A stretch of 63,820 nt of DNA, filler included, from Octopus bimaculoides (Eukaryota): the NCBI RefSeq assembly GCF_001194135.2. It is 7 parts of 6 records of this genome, joined end to end, with 100 filler letters (N's around TTAATTAATTAA, not from the genome) between each part and the next. Parts side by side here need not be neighbours in the genome. Positions count along the whole stretch, not along the records: positions 61,651 to 63,820 come from NC_069005.1; 6 more parts are not named here. The stretch is one strand, 5' to 3'. The first letter of the stretch is position 1. Each line of letters starts with the position of its first letter. Positions 63,196-63,820 of this stretch are shown here, piece by piece. The notes under the pieces were generated by a model that saw only the letters and a list, made by a program, of their open reading frames with translations, searched no databases and was not told the origin of the DNA. The translations under genes were made by a program, and so were the position numbers.

Positions 63196-63598
63196 TACAT
63201 ATATATATACATATATACACATATAAGTTTAATTACACTCACGCACAAGCACACAAACATATGCAGCTAGCAATGAAGCAGTGTTTATGTATTTACCGGA
63301 TGTTATTATATAATAATTGCAGAATCATTAAAATACATCGTTAGTTGATATGTCTAATGTGCATACGTGAATCTCATTGGCTGAAATATAATAAACTGTC
63401 CAATCATGGTCTTATCTTATCTAATTAGATGGATGGATCTATGTGTATCTGTCTCCCTCGTATTCCAATCCGTCTCCTTCTGTCTCGTTCCAACTCATAT
63501 ATCATTACACGCACACATATTTATGTCTAAGTAGATGTATATACACATACATTCATTCATTTATCCACGCACACATAGATACGTGTGTATGTGTATGC

Positions 63599-63638
<40 letters not shown>

Positions 63639-63738
63639 TTGTATGTAAGTAAGAGGATGGATGGATGCATGTGTGTGTATGTGTATATATATGAATATAT
63701 AATATGCATGTATACATATACATAGTAGTTATTGAAAG

Positions 63739-63820
<82 letters not shown>

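Noticed and set aside
2811-63344. Long ORFs in the track made of X runs or YI/HT/CV/poly-S/H/L/M repeats
   Set aside because: They are translations of N gaps and microsatellites with no coding signal.

Overview
AT-rich, gap-ridden, microsatellite-dense animal genomic DNA. The tRNA-derived SINEs, KRAB-less 'YHCDICGKSFS' zinc-finger array and TTAGGG motifs suggest a coleoid cephalopod, probably Octopus (inference, no search run). The only convincing protein-coding sequence is a minus-strand C2H2 zinc-finger array (51345 to >52833, open into an N gap). It belongs to a two-exon gene (short non-coding exon at ~55506-55600, large exon from 54121) with a tandem paralog 10-12 kb away (exon at ~45099-45200, acceptor 42051, array lost at a scaffold join at 41391). 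Both paralogs share the same disabling lesions in the ancestral N-terminus, and each carries a long inverted-repeat element in intron 1. The rest is a transposon graveyard: CR1-like, RTE and Dong/R4-like LINE fragments, Tc1, mariner and hAT transposase relics, pogo- and hAT-type MITEs, and about 20 SINE copies. The most unusual signals are at the window start: a well-formed minimal type I hammerhead ribozyme motif (88-146) inside an inverted-repeat-bounded element, next to a tRNA-Ser-like SINE whose variable arm holds a microsatellite and whose tail is a hammerhead relic. Most ORFs in the supplied track are artefacts of N runs and simple repeats. No rRNA, intact tRNA or CRISPR array is supported.
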